Source: Candidatus Woesebacteria bacterium (GTDB lineage Bacteria > Patescibacteriota > Microgenomatia > UBA8517). Taken from it: a stretch of 64,000 nucleotides of DNA. The stretch covers positions 407,315 to 471,314 of the forward strand of contig CP055307.1 of the NCBI GenBank assembly GCA_013374835.1, in the 5' to 3' direction. Shown here piece after piece: positions 26,878-36,904 of this stretch. A program made the position numbers and the translations under genes. Each line of letters starts with the position of its first letter. Positions within the stretch are counted from its first letter, which is position 1. A model generated the notes under the pieces. It had not been told where the DNA came from. It searched no databases and saw only the letters and a list, made by a program, of their open reading frames with translations.

Positions 26878-29301
26878 ATGAAGGAAACAAAAGTTTATAG
26901 AGAATTACCAACCGTTGCGATGCGAGGGTCTGTAGTTTTTCCTCATACGGATTCCTTTTTGTCTTTCGGGAGGGAGAAATCAATAGCAGCAGTAAACGCA
27001 GCTTTTCAGTCTGACCGTGTAATCGCCATTTTTAACCAAAAAGATCCGCGTAAAATCGATCCTGAGCTTAGTGATTTATATAGAGTAGGTACTGTTGCCA
27101 TAATAACTCAGATGATGTCTTCTGAGAATGAGATACATGCGATGGTGAAGGGACAAAGTAGGATTAATCTTGAGGATATATTAAAGACCGAGCCATATTT
27201 GATTTCTAAAATAACCGAGATAAAAGAAAAGGAAGTGGATGACCTTTCTGTTGAGCCGCTTGCACGCGAACTTTCAGAGCTTTTCAAAAAGGCTGTAAAT
27301 ATGGGTAAGGGCGTTGATGTACCAACAATTATGAGGATAATGTCCAGACATGTTGAGCCTGTTGAATTGGTTGATTCCGTGGCTGCTCTTTTGGATGTAA
27401 AGCCAAGAGAGAAACAGAAACTGCTTGAAATGATTTCTGTAAAAGCGAGGCTTGAGCGTGTACTCGAGCTACTAAATCATGAGGTTAATGTTTTGGAGCT
27501 TGAACGAGTTATTTCTACAAAAACTCAAAAGAGATTTGAGGAACAGATGAAGAAAGCCATGCTTCGTGAGAAAAAAAGGACTATTGAGGAGGAGCTTGGT
27601 GAGGATGACGAGAGTGTTGACAGTGAAGTTGTCGAATTTAAAGAAAAGATAAATAAGGCGAAGATGCCAAAGGATATAAGAAAGAAGGCTTTAAAAGAGC
27701 TTAAGAGGCTTGAGTTGATGTCTCCCCATAACCCTGAGGGGGCATATATACGAAATTATTTGGATTGGCTTTGTGATATGCCATGGTCAAAGATTTCAAA
27801 TAAAAAGGTGTCTGTTAAAAAAGCTGCAAAAATTTTGGACGAAGATCATTACGGCCTTGATAAGGTGAAGGAGCGAATTCTTGAGTACCTTTCTGTTATG
27901 AAGCTTAAGGAAAATGGAAGAAAAAACGGTAAGAAAGATAATAATAAATTCTATCCTACGATTCTTTGTTTTATAGGACCGCCGGGTGTAGGTAAAACTT
28001 CTATCGGTAAATCAATTGCCAGATCTCTTGGACGAGAGTTTGTGAGAGTGTCTTTGGGAGGTGTGCGTGATGAAGCAGAGCTTAGAGGACATAGGAGGAC
28101 GTATGTTGGTGCTTTGCCCGGTAGAATTATCCAAGGAATTAAGGATGCTGGTACTAAAAATCCGGTGTTTATGCTTGACGAGGTTGATAAGCTCGGGGCT
28201 GATTATAGGGGAGATCCGTCGTCTGCTTTGCTTGAAATACTCGATCCGGAGCAGAATAAGGAGTTTTCGGACCACTATCTTGAGGTACCTTTTGATTTAA
28301 GTGAGGTGACTTTTATTTGCACCGCAAATGTTGCCGACACAATACCTTTACCTCTTCTTGATAGGATGGAAATAATCCGATTTGCCGGATATACCGAGGA
28401 TGAGAAGTTTAATATTGCCAAGAAGTATTTGTGGCCAAAACAGGTTAGGCTCTCAGGACTTGAGGATTATAAGATTGATATTGATGATCAGGCAATATAT
28501 GAGGTTATTAAGAAGTATACGAGAGAGGCCGGGGTTCGTGAGCTTGAGAGGACGCTTGCTACGCTTTGCAGAAAGGTTGCCCGAAGTATAGCTGAGGGCA
28601 AAAAGTATCCAAAAATATTGACATCAATTGATGTTAAGAGTTTTTTGGGTGCAGCCAAATTTCGGTCACAGATAGCCGAGGAAAAGGATGAGGTGGGTAT
28701 TGCGACTGGACTTGCGGTAACTCCAACCGGAGGGGAAATACTTTTTATCGAATCTACACTTATGCCTGGTAAGGGTAAGCTTACATTAACAGGTCAGCTT
28801 GGGGATGTAATGAGAGAGTCTGCAAAGGCTGCTTTTACTTGGACGAGGTCCCATTGGAAAGAACTTGGACTTTTTTCTGAATTTGGGCGAGAGACTGATT
28901 TGCATATACATGTTCCTGAAGGCGCTACTCCTAAAGATGGCCCTTCTGCCGGGATAGCTATGATGACATCGCTTGTTTCCGCATTGACAAAAATTCCGAT
29001 AAGGCGTGATGTCGGAATGACGGGTGAGATTACACTCAGAGGAAGAGTGCTTGGAATCGGAGGGGTTAAGGAAAAGGTTGTAGCAGGACATAGAGCGGGA
29101 TTAAAGACTATTATTTTGCCTCGTGAGAATGAGAAGGATATGGAGGATGTTCCCGAGAATGTTAAGAGAGATATAAAATTTGTGTTTGTTGACAGGATGA
29201 ATGAGGTTTTGGAGATTGCGCTTACAAAAAAGCTTTCGTCATTAACCAAAAAAAACGGGAAGAGAAAGCAAAAAGTTTTAGCAACTTCTGTTATTTCTTA
29301 A
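26878..29301 (+). CDS. lon: ATP-dependent protease La
   Basis: LON N-domain, AAA+ domain (GPPGVGKTS, Walker B MLDEVDK) and proteolytic domain (PKDGPSAGIAMMTSLVS). Confidence 0.95.
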   Translation: MKETKVYRELPTVAMRGSVVFPHTDSFLSFGREKSIAAVNAAFQSDRVIAIFNQKDPRKIDPELSDLYRVGTVAIITQMMSSENEIHAMVKGQSRINLEDILKTEPYLISKITEIKEKEVDDLSVEPLARELSELFKKAVNMGKGVDVPTIMRIMSRHVEPVELVDSVAALLDVKPREKQKLLEMISVKARLERVLELLNHEVNVLELERVISTKTQKRFEEQMKKAMLREKKRTIEEELGEDDESVDSEVVEFKEKINKAKMPKDIRKKALKELKRLELMSPHNPEGAYIRNYLDWLCDMPWSKISNKKVSVKKAAKILDEDHYGLDKVKERILEYLSVMKLKENGRKNGKKDNNKFYPTILCFIGPPGVGKTSIGKSIARSLGREFVRVSLGGVRDEAELRGHRRTYVGALPGRIIQGIKDAGTKNPVFMLDEVDKLGADYRGDPSSALLEILDPEQNKEFSDHYLEVPFDLSEVTFICTANVADTIPLPLLDRMEIIRFAGYTEDEKFNIAKKYLWPKQVRLSGLEDYKIDIDDQAIYEVIKKYTREAGVRELERTLATLCRKVARSIAEGKKYPKILTSIDVKSFLGAAKFRSQIAEEKDEVGIATGLAVTPTGGEILFIESTLMPGKGKLTLTGQLGDVMRESAKAAFTWTRSHWKELGLFSEFGRETDLHIHVPEGATPKDGPSAGIAMMTSLVSALTKIPIRRDVGMTGEITLRGRVLGIGGVKEKVVAGHRAGLKTIILPRENEKDMEDVPENVKRDIKFVFVDRMNEVLEIALTKKLSSLTKKNGKRKQKVLATSVIS

Positions 29302-29345
29302 TTTTTGAGTTTGGTATTTTACGGTGATAAAATATAGAGTAATCT

Positions 29346-29418
29346 GGCCCTATCGTCTAATGGCTTAGGACGCTGGGTTCTCATCCCAGTAATCCGGGTT
29401 CGAATCCCGGTAGGGTCA
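29346..29418 (+). tRNA. tRNA-Glu (anticodon CUC)
   Basis: GGCCCTATCGTCTAATGGCTTAGGACGCTGGGTTCTCATCCCAGTAATCCGGGTTCGAATCCCGGTAGGGTCA. A 7-bp acceptor stem, a D-arm, an anticodon stem CTGGG/CCCAG with loop TTCTCAT, and a T-arm GGTTCGAATCC. No encoded CCA. Confidence 0.9.
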
Positions 29419-31665
29419 CTCTCTTTCAATTGAGTGTTTTTGGTCGAATTCAGGAAGGATTGGATGAACCCAGTTGGGAGATATGTTTGGTCTGGGGTTT
29501 AGTTTGTGGCGGATAAGGAAGTATTCTGTTTTTGGGTGGTTATCCGTAACTGGCTGTGTGTCAGCTATAAAGCGATCGATTGTTTTTTCATCTCCTACGA
29601 ACAATTCGAGCAATCTTTCTAAGGTAATGGGTGATTTTTGCCACTCGTTTAGATCCTCAAGGATTTCGTTGTTGAGTTTTTCTTTAAGAAAATCTTTTTT
29701 AAGAATTATTTCTTCTTGAGAGCCTATGAAGAATACACCTCTTCCATCCGGGGATACAGCCACCAGAATGTGCGGAAACACGCTTCTCATTGCAGAGAAA
29801 AGCATTTTAAAATCTTCCTCGTGTGTACCGTACCAGAACCATTGTACAAGAATGCCTTCTTCTTTTAGGATTCTTGTCGAATCTTCATAGAACTCTTTTG
29901 AGTAAAGCACGGTTGTTCCAGCTGCGTTTATCGGAGGGGGAGGATCCACAACAATAACATCATATTTTTTGCTTGTGAGTTTGGTGTAGTTTCTTCCGTC
30001 GTTTATGATTATATTCCCTTTTGGATTTGTAAGGACTTTTTCGGCGTCTTTAAAAAACATGCTAAATACTTTAGGGACGGAGGGTACTAGTTCTATCGCA
30101 TCTACATTGATATTGTGAATCAGCGCCGAGCGATAAGTTGTACCCATGCCGAATGCAATAATAAGCATGTCTTTGGGGTTTCTGTGTATCAGAAGCGGTA
30201 GATGTGCAAGAAGTTTGGTTTGGATTGTAAGCGTTGTAGTTTGTACTCCGTCTATGATTAACCCTTTTTCATCCGGTGAATTGGATTGGCCGCTAAAAGC
30301 TAAGATACTTGCAGTCTCATCCTCCAGGTATTTAAAAGACCAGTTTTTTTCTTGATAGAAAGATATTTTTTCTTTTAAACCTTTTTCAATGAATGCCTGT
30401 GGTTTGTTGATATAAAGAAAGATAATAAATGTTGGAATAATAGATATAAAAAGTGCAGATTTTGTTAATTTTTTGTAAAAAAGCAACAGAATCGTGCTTC
30501 CTGCGAGAATATTTGCACTGCTTAGAATGAGAGTAGTTTTTGTAGTACCGATAGAGGGTATGAGGATAAATCCCGTAATAAGAGGACCTATTATAGATCC
30601 GGTCGTATTTGCGGCGTAAGTGCCGCCAAGGTTTTTTCCGAAATTGTGTGGATTATTGAATAGTCCAGAGATTATTGGGAAGGTGGCTCCTGATAAAAGC
30701 GATGCTGGGAGAAGTACCAAAATAAGTCTTGGATACAAGCCTAATGGAATATTTAGGCTTAATGAAATTATTGAGAGAGTGGCGAAAATACCTATTCCAA
30801 CTTCAGTCAGGGCAAATAGTATGACAGGATTTTTTTGTGCCTTAAAAAGAATTTTTGAGGTGAAGGAGCCAAGTGCTACTCCGATTAGGATTGTTGCCAG
30901 AATTGTTGCGAATGCATAAGTGTAAGTCCCTGTGCTTGTGAGCAGAAGTCTTGTCCATACTATTTCATAAGACATAGAAATCGCTCCTGAAAGGAAAAAG
31001 ACTAGAAGGATTAAAATTAACAGACTTTTTGAAATGGTGGTTGTGAAATTTTTGGATTTATTGGGTTTTGCTTTTGTAGAAATAATTTTTTTATTTTTAA
31101 AAAAAGTAACAGCTAGAGTGCCTATTAAAATATTTATGAGCGTTGCAAGAAATGCTGTTAAATTAAGGCCAAGAATTTCTATCAAGACAAAAGCCGATAA
31201 AATTGTACCCACAAACGCACCAAGGGTGTTTACGAAATAAAGGGTTGAAACTTCTTGAGAGGGATTTTTACCTCGGGCAAAGAGTTTTATCAGGATGGGT
31301 AGCGTGCCTCCCATAAAGAACGTTGCCGGGAAAATAAGGACGGCAGTAATGACGTATTTTAGAAAAATACTATGAGTATTGTATATTTGAGAAATAAAAG
31401 GGAGGGTTATAAGCATAAATATAGCGCTTATGCCTATTAGGATTTCAATGCTACCCCATAGGAGTATAAGCTTTTTGTTTTTGTCCGCAATGGCACCGAA
31501 TACCAGAGATCCGGCTGCGAGCCCTGCCATAAATACAGAAATTATTGTTGTTGTTGAGTGCGTGGTGTTACCGAATATTAGAAGCAGAAGCCTTGACCAA
31601 ACTACTTGGTAGATCAATCCTGATGCTCCAGATAAACAAAAAAAGATATAGATAACTTTATTCAT
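29416..31665 (-). CDS. fused multi-TM (MFS-like) / spermidine synthase-family protein
   Basis: About 400 aa of N-terminal TM helices followed by a spermidine synthase-like methyltransferase domain (IIAFGMGTT..., DVIVVDPPPP). Confidence 0.75.
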   Translation of the reverse strand: MNKVIYIFFCLSGASGLIYQVVWSRLLLLIFGNTTHSTTTIISVFMAGLAAGSLVFGAIADKNKKLILLWGSIEILIGISAIFMLITLPFISQIYNTHSIFLKYVITAVLIFPATFFMGGTLPILIKLFARGKNPSQEVSTLYFVNTLGAFVGTILSAFVLIEILGLNLTAFLATLINILIGTLAVTFFKNKKIISTKAKPNKSKNFTTTISKSLLILILLVFFLSGAISMSYEIVWTRLLLTSTGTYTYAFATILATILIGVALGSFTSKILFKAQKNPVILFALTEVGIGIFATLSIISLSLNIPLGLYPRLILVLLPASLLSGATFPIISGLFNNPHNFGKNLGGTYAANTTGSIIGPLITGFILIPSIGTTKTTLILSSANILAGSTILLLFYKKLTKSALFISIIPTFIIFLYINKPQAFIEKGLKEKISFYQEKNWSFKYLEDETASILAFSGQSNSPDEKGLIIDGVQTTTLTIQTKLLAHLPLLIHRNPKDMLIIAFGMGTTYRSALIHNINVDAIELVPSVPKVFSMFFKDAEKVLTNPKGNIIINDGRNYTKLTSKKYDVIVVDPPPPINAAGTTVLYSKEFYEDSTRILKEEGILVQWFWYGTHEEDFKMLFSAMRSVFPHILVAVSPDGRGVFFIGSQEEIILKKDFLKEKLNNEILEDLNEWQKSPITLERLLELFVGDEKTIDRFIADTQPVTDNHPKTEYFLIRHKLNPRPNISPNWVHPILPEFDQKHSIERE

Positions 31666-31730
31666 ATTTTAGACGTATATTAAACTGATATGCGTTAAAA
31701 GTGAAGTTTCTTCCTATAATGTAGCGTGGC

Positions 31731-31759
31731 TTGACAATTGGCTGGTAAAAATCTAAAAT
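31731..31759 (+). promoter_or_regulatory. sigma70-type promoter TTGACA-N17-TAAAAT upstream of greA (leader of ~145 nt)
   Basis: Exact -35 hexamer, 17-nt spacer and a near-consensus -10. Confidence 0.5.
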
Positions 31760-31909
31760 ATCACTTGTTTATGGAACCTCAGAATGTAAACAAAAGTGCC
31801 TCCTTACTAATTTCCTTCGGGATTTTCACTAAGAAGATCGTTGTTTGAACTCTGAGGGAAGAAAAAATCTTTCGGAGTTTTAAGTCAAGGAAAAGTAAGG
31901 AGTTTTTTA

Positions 31910-32392
31910 ATGAGTTATATGAAAAATAATATAAAACAGGTACAAGTGACAAAAGAGGGATATGAATCTCTGAAAGCTGAGCTTGACGAACTGGTTAATG
32001 TAAAAAGACCAAAATTAGTCGAGAGGCTTGAGCGTGCAAGAAACGAGGGTGATTTGTCTGAAAACAGTGATTATATTTCGGCTAAAGAGGAGCTTGAGTT
32101 TTTGGACGGTAGAATTGATGAGTTAAAACATGTGGTTGATCATGCTATTGTGCTTTCTGCTAATTCGAACGGAAGCAGTAAAGTGGATGTTGGAACTAAA
32201 GTAACGGTAAAAACTGATTCGGGGGAGCAGGTTTTTGATATAGTTGGTGAGTGGGAGGCGGATCCTGTAAATAAGAAAATTTCTCATGAATCTCCGCTTG
32301 GAAGCGCTCTTGTAGGTAAAAAGGTGGGAGAGGTTGTTGAGGTAGAAGCTCCTGCCGGAAAACTTGTTTACGAGATACTCAAAATAGATTAA
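31910..32392 (+). CDS. greA: transcription elongation factor GreA
   Basis: EGDLSENSDY and the coiled-coil N-terminus (acidic finger D/E); C-terminal FKBP-like domain. Confidence 0.9.
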   Translation: MSYMKNNIKQVQVTKEGYESLKAELDELVNVKRPKLVERLERARNEGDLSENSDYISAKEELEFLDGRIDELKHVVDHAIVLSANSNGSSKVDVGTKVTVKTDSGEQVFDIVGEWEADPVNKKISHESPLGSALVGKKVGEVVEVEAPAGKLVYEILKID

Positions 32393-32427
32393 ATATGATA
32401 AGCACAAAGAAGTGGACTTTGGATGTA

Positions 32428-32453
32428 AAAGCCTCCCTAAGGGAGGCTTTTTA
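32428..32453 (+). terminator. rho-independent terminator (AAAGCCTCCC-TAA-GGGAGGCTTTTT)
   Basis: 8-bp GC-rich stem plus a T-run after greA. Confidence 0.65.
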
Positions 32454-32476
32454 GGTTTTGAAAGGAGGTGTTTAAA

Positions 32477-32695
32477 ATGCCAGAAAGAGAAAATTTAGGG
32501 GACCCAAAACATAACGGGGATTTGGTAGAGGATGGTATTAATTCCGGGCTGAAAGCGGACGAGGATTTTAATTCGGAAGTAAGATCATTTTCTGACAGAC
32601 ATGGTGTTAATTTAACAGTAGCAGAGAGAATAATAGGCGTTGCTACAAATCCTCCAAAAGTTATTGGAGTTCGTTATAAATCGGAGCATCGCTAA
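32477..32695 (+). CDS. small hypothetical protein (72 aa)
   Basis: Strong SD AGGAGGTG 7 nt upstream of the ATG (MPERENLG...). The ORF track begins 9 nt earlier. Confidence 0.45.
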   Translation: MPERENLGDPKHNGDLVEDGINSGLKADEDFNSEVRSFSDRHGVNLTVAERIIGVATNPPKVIGVRYKSEHR

Positions 32696-32746
32696 TGTGG
32701 AATGTTATTTGGATATTGCGAATGTTAGGCTATAATCTAGATAGAT

Positions 32747-34192
32747 ATGGCAGAAAAAAGACTAAATGAGATTAGAGATTTGAGGCTTGAGAAGGTCGCC
32801 AGGCTTCGGGAGATGGGTATTGATCCATATCCGTCAAAACCTAAAACAAAGCCCGTTGCCATTAAGAAAATCCGTGGGCTTATTGGCAAGCGCGTGTCGG
32901 CTGCCGGAAGGGTTATGGGATTTAGGGTGCATGGAAATATTGTTTTTTCAGATTTAGAAGATTTTTCCGGCTCTATCCAGATTTTTTTTCAAAAGAAAAA
33001 GCTTGATGCTCTTTTTGAAATTGTAAAGCTTATAGATATTGGAGATATCTTATGGGTAAACGGAGACGTATTTAAAACCAAAGCGGGAGAAATAACTATT
33101 GATGTTTCTGACCTTCAGATTTTATCTAAATCAATAAGACCGTTGCCTTCGAAATGGCACGGGATTAAGGATGAAGAATTAAGATATAGAGAGCGGTATA
33201 TTGATTTGCTTTTTAACCGCGAACTTCGAGATCTTTTGACAAAAAAGAGCGTTTTTTGGAATTCGATTCGTGGGTTTTTGGTGAAGGAGGGGTTTATAGA
33301 GGTTGAAACTCCTGTTTTGGAATCTACTCCCGGCGGGGCTGATGCAAAGGCTTTTGTGACTCACCATGACGCGCTTGATATTGATTTGTATCTTAGAATT
33401 TCTATGGGCGAGCTTTGGCAGAAAAGGCTTATGGTAGCAGGATTTGAGAAGACTTTTGAGATAGGTAGGCAGTTTCGGAACGAAGGGATAAGCCGTGAGC
33501 ATCTTCAGGATTACACGCAGATGGAGTTTTATTGGGCTTATGCTAATTATGAAGATTCAATGAAACTTGTAGAGCGAATGTATAAGTATGTAGCAAAGGC
33601 AACCTTTGGAAAGCTAAAATTCAAAATTGGTGATTATTATGTAGATTTGGGTAAAAAATGGGAGAGAGTTGATTATAAAGATACACTTTTTGAAGCTACT
33701 GGAATTGATTTTGAAAAATCGGACTTGGGCAGTATCAAGAAAAAGCTTGATGAGCTTAAGATTAAATATAACGACGATGATAAAAAACCAAGACTTATTG
33801 ATTTGCTTTGGAAGAGCGTGAGAAAGGAAATTGCCGGTCCTCTTTTTTTGACGGGCCATCCTGTTGAAATATCTCCTTTGGCTAAAAGAAAGGCAGATAA
33901 TCCAAATATTACTGAAAGATATCAGGTGATTTTGGCTGGAACCGAAATGGGCAATGGTTATAGTGAGCTTAATGATCCTGTTGATCAGGCAGAGAGGTTT
34001 GAGGATCAGCAGAAGATGCGGGATGCTGGAGATGAGGAAGCACAAATGAACGATGCTGATTTTGTAAAGGCGCTTGAGTTTGGGATGCCTCCTGTTAGCG
34101 GATTTGGTGTATCTGAAAGGCTTTTTAGTTTTTTGGCAGATAAGCCGATAAGGGAGACTGTCTTTTTTCCGCTTTTAAGACCTAAGGAGTAA
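32747..34192 (+). CDS. lysS: lysine--tRNA ligase (class II)
   Basis: Anticodon-binding OB N-terminus, FRNEG motif 2, GGGIGIDR-like motif 3 region (GFGVSERL). Confidence 0.9.
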   Translation: MAEKRLNEIRDLRLEKVARLREMGIDPYPSKPKTKPVAIKKIRGLIGKRVSAAGRVMGFRVHGNIVFSDLEDFSGSIQIFFQKKKLDALFEIVKLIDIGDILWVNGDVFKTKAGEITIDVSDLQILSKSIRPLPSKWHGIKDEELRYRERYIDLLFNRELRDLLTKKSVFWNSIRGFLVKEGFIEVETPVLESTPGGADAKAFVTHHDALDIDLYLRISMGELWQKRLMVAGFEKTFEIGRQFRNEGISREHLQDYTQMEFYWAYANYEDSMKLVERMYKYVAKATFGKLKFKIGDYYVDLGKKWERVDYKDTLFEATGIDFEKSDLGSIKKKLDELKIKYNDDDKKPRLIDLLWKSVRKEIAGPLFLTGHPVEISPLAKRKADNPNITERYQVILAGTEMGNGYSELNDPVDQAERFEDQQKMRDAGDEEAQMNDADFVKALEFGMPPVSGFGVSERLFSFLADKPIRETVFFPLLRPKE

Positions 34193-34785
34193 TGAAACGA
34201 GAAGAAGCTTTAAAACTAGTTAGAGAGCATACAAAGAATAAGAATCTAGTAAGGCATATGCTTGCTACAGAGGCGTGCATGAGAGCACTTTACGATAGGA
34301 TTGTGGGAAAAGGAGATGATAATGTGTTGTCTAGTAAGAATGAGTGGGGCATGGCGGGACTTCTTCATGATGCAGATTACGAGGAGCTTAAAGATTCACC
34401 TCAGGTTAGGACTTTGCACACAAAAAGAACTTTGGAGTGGCTTGATGGCAAGGGTCTGGAAAAGAAAGTACTAGATGCAATTAAAGCTCATGCTTGGGGT
34501 TATGTGGATGGTATGCCCGAGCCAAAAACTCCCATGGAGTGGGCTCTTTATACATGTGATGAGCTAACCGGGCTTATTGTGGCGGTTGCCTTGGTTAAAG
34601 GAGGCAGGCTTTCTGAGGTTACGGTTGATTCAGTTATGAAAAAATGGAATGAGAGTAGCTTTGCTGTGGGAGCAAATAGGGATCAGATTAAAATGTGTGA
34701 AACAAGGCTTGGCATACCATTGAGAGAGTTTATTGAAATATGCCTTAAAGCTATGCAGGAGATTTCAGGAGATTTGGGGTTATAA
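34192..34785 (+). CDS. HD superfamily phosphohydrolase
   Basis: H...HD metal-binding residues (VRHML...LLHDADYE). Confidence 0.7.
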   Translation: MKREEALKLVREHTKNKNLVRHMLATEACMRALYDRIVGKGDDNVLSSKNEWGMAGLLHDADYEELKDSPQVRTLHTKRTLEWLDGKGLEKKVLDAIKAHAWGYVDGMPEPKTPMEWALYTCDELTGLIVAVALVKGGRLSEVTVDSVMKKWNESSFAVGANRDQIKMCETRLGIPLREFIEICLKAMQEISGDLGL

Positions 34786-34786
34786 A

Positions 34787-36022
34787 ATGCTTAATATTGA
34801 ATTGATTAGAAAAGAGCCAGAGAAAGTAAAAAAGGGAATTGTTTCAAAGGGAGCGGATGTATCTTTGGTGGATAAGGTGCTTGAGCTTGATGAGAAAAGA
34901 AGAAGGCTTATTTTGGAGATTGAGGAGCTTAGATCGCAAAGGAATAAGTTTGCTAAAGAAAAAAATATAATCGAAGGAAAGAGAATAAAAAATGCCCTTA
35001 AGGTCAAGGAACCGCTTTTAGCAGAGGTGAGCCTAGAGTATGAGGAGGTCTTGGCCAAAATTCCCAATTTACCTTTAGAGGGGGTTCCTGAGGGTAAGGG
35101 AGAGGAAGAAAATGTTGAGATTAGAAGATGGTCTCCTTTGAATGAAGCTTTGGTGAGAAGGGGAAATAAAGACCATCTTGAGATAATGAACGCTCTTGAT
35201 TTGATAGATTTTGAGGCAGGTGCAAAGGTTGCAGGATCACAATTTTATTATCTTAAAAACGATGCCGTAAGGCTTGAGTATGCATTGATGCAGTTTGGGA
35301 TGGAGGTTTTGGAGAAACATGGGTATAAGTTTTTTATGACCCCAGACTTAGCTAAAAGCAGGTATTATTTGGGAACCGGTTATCAACCGAAGGGAGATGA
35401 AGCGCAGATTTATGAAATTAAAGACCATGATCTTGGACTTATTGCAACGGCGGAGGTAACGATGGCGGGGTATCATGCCGACGAGATATTAAAGAGTGAT
35501 GATTTACCGCTAAAATATGCTGCGATAAGTCATTGTTTTCGTCAAGAGGCCGGTGCTTACGGAAAGTACAGCAGAGGTCTTTACCGAGTTCATCAGTTTA
35601 CAAAGCTTGAGTGTTTTATTTATTGTTTGCCGGAAAAATCGGGAGAGATGCATGAGGAGATATTGGGAATTGAGGAAGAGATCCTTCGCGAGCTTGAGAT
35701 ACCCTACAGGGTTGTTGAGATGTGTACGGGAGACCTTGGAGCAATCGCTGCGAAAAAGTATGATCTTGAAGCTTGGATGCCAGGAAGAGGAGATTACGGT
35801 GAAGTAACTTCAACGAGCAATACGACAGATTATCAGTCTAGAAATTTGAACATAAAGTATCGCGCGGGAAACATCAATGAATATGTGCACATGCTTAACG
35901 GTACGGCGATAGCAGTTTCTAGGACTTTGATTGCAATAATGGAAAATTATCAGCAAAAAGATGGGTCAATAATTGTACCCAAAGTGCTTCGAAAATGGCT
36001 TGATAAAGAAAGAATCTGCTAG
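34787..36022 (+). CDS. serS: serine--tRNA ligase
   Basis: MLNIELIRKEPEKV N-terminal coiled coil; class II motifs (FRQEAGAYGKYSRGLYRVHQF, GTAIAVSRTLIAIMEN). Confidence 0.9.
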   Translation: MLNIELIRKEPEKVKKGIVSKGADVSLVDKVLELDEKRRRLILEIEELRSQRNKFAKEKNIIEGKRIKNALKVKEPLLAEVSLEYEEVLAKIPNLPLEGVPEGKGEEENVEIRRWSPLNEALVRRGNKDHLEIMNALDLIDFEAGAKVAGSQFYYLKNDAVRLEYALMQFGMEVLEKHGYKFFMTPDLAKSRYYLGTGYQPKGDEAQIYEIKDHDLGLIATAEVTMAGYHADEILKSDDLPLKYAAISHCFRQEAGAYGKYSRGLYRVHQFTKLECFIYCLPEKSGEMHEEILGIEEEILRELEIPYRVVEMCTGDLGAIAAKKYDLEAWMPGRGDYGEVTSTSNTTDYQSRNLNIKYRAGNINEYVHMLNGTAIAVSRTLIAIMENYQQKDGSIIVPKVLRKWLDKERIC

Positions 36023-36861
36023 ATTTTTTTAAGAATTTTTTTTGCTATGCTTTTGGGAGTCATGAGAATCTTTTTGCTTTTTGAGAGGCTTGTTTTAATA
36101 TATTTTCCCCTTGGAAGCTTGATTTCTGCAAGTAGTGGAAAATGATCAGAAACCAGAGGATTTTTTATTACTTTGAGTTTTATCGGAGAAATTGGTTTTT
36201 TTATATTTGCTAATACCCTGTTTGGCCTTTCATTGTAAACACCGTCTCTATTTAATATTATATTTACAGCTTTGTGAGCGTAAGCATTGTTTTCAGAATA
36301 TGTTACAGGTACTTCCAGCTCTTTTTGTAGTTGATCTACTAATTTGCTTATTTTTTCCGGGAAAACGTTTAGATCTCCTGCTATGATTGTAGGGTTTGCC
36401 GCTTTGGATTTTTTTATCACTTCTTCTATCTGGGAAAGCTTAATTTTTAATTTTGATTCGTCAAAGGATTGGTAGACGTGAGTGTTAATAAGATTAATAA
36501 GGCTTCCGCCTTTTGAGAATTGGGTTCGTAAAAAGCCTTTTGAAGCAATTCGCTCAACAGGGTCCAGATCGTTTTTGATATCGAATTTGTGAAACTCTAC
36601 TTTTATAGGCTTGTGCTTAAGCAGGGTAACAAGGCCGGATTTGTTGTAAAAAAGCGAGCTTGTGTTTATTACGTGGTATCTTAAGAGTTTTTTTTTGAGA
36701 TAGTTAACGTATTTATTGAGCCAAACTTCCTGCAGATTTATTGCATCAGGATCTAGTTTTTTGACTAAATTTATGAAATTATCGAGCCTTTCTTGGTTGT
36801 TTATAGATGTGGGTGGCGGCAAAAGCCACATATTTGCCGTGAGAATTTTAAGTGTTACCAT
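36019..36861 (-). CDS. endonuclease/exonuclease/phosphatase (EEP) family protein
   Basis: ILTANMW...NLQEVW and SDHFPL motifs. Confidence 0.75.
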   Translation of the reverse strand: MVTLKILTANMWLLPPPTSINNQERLDNFINLVKKLDPDAINLQEVWLNKYVNYLKKKLLRYHVINTSSLFYNKSGLVTLLKHKPIKVEFHKFDIKNDLDPVERIASKGFLRTQFSKGGSLINLINTHVYQSFDESKLKIKLSQIEEVIKKSKAANPTIIAGDLNVFPEKISKLVDQLQKELEVPVTYSENNAYAHKAVNIILNRDGVYNERPNRVLANIKKPISPIKLKVIKNPLVSDHFPLLAEIKLPRGKYIKTSLSKSKKILMTPKSIAKKILKKI

Positions 36862-36904
36862 GCTTGACGTATTTTACTGGATTTGGGGAGTTATTACTAT
36901 TATA

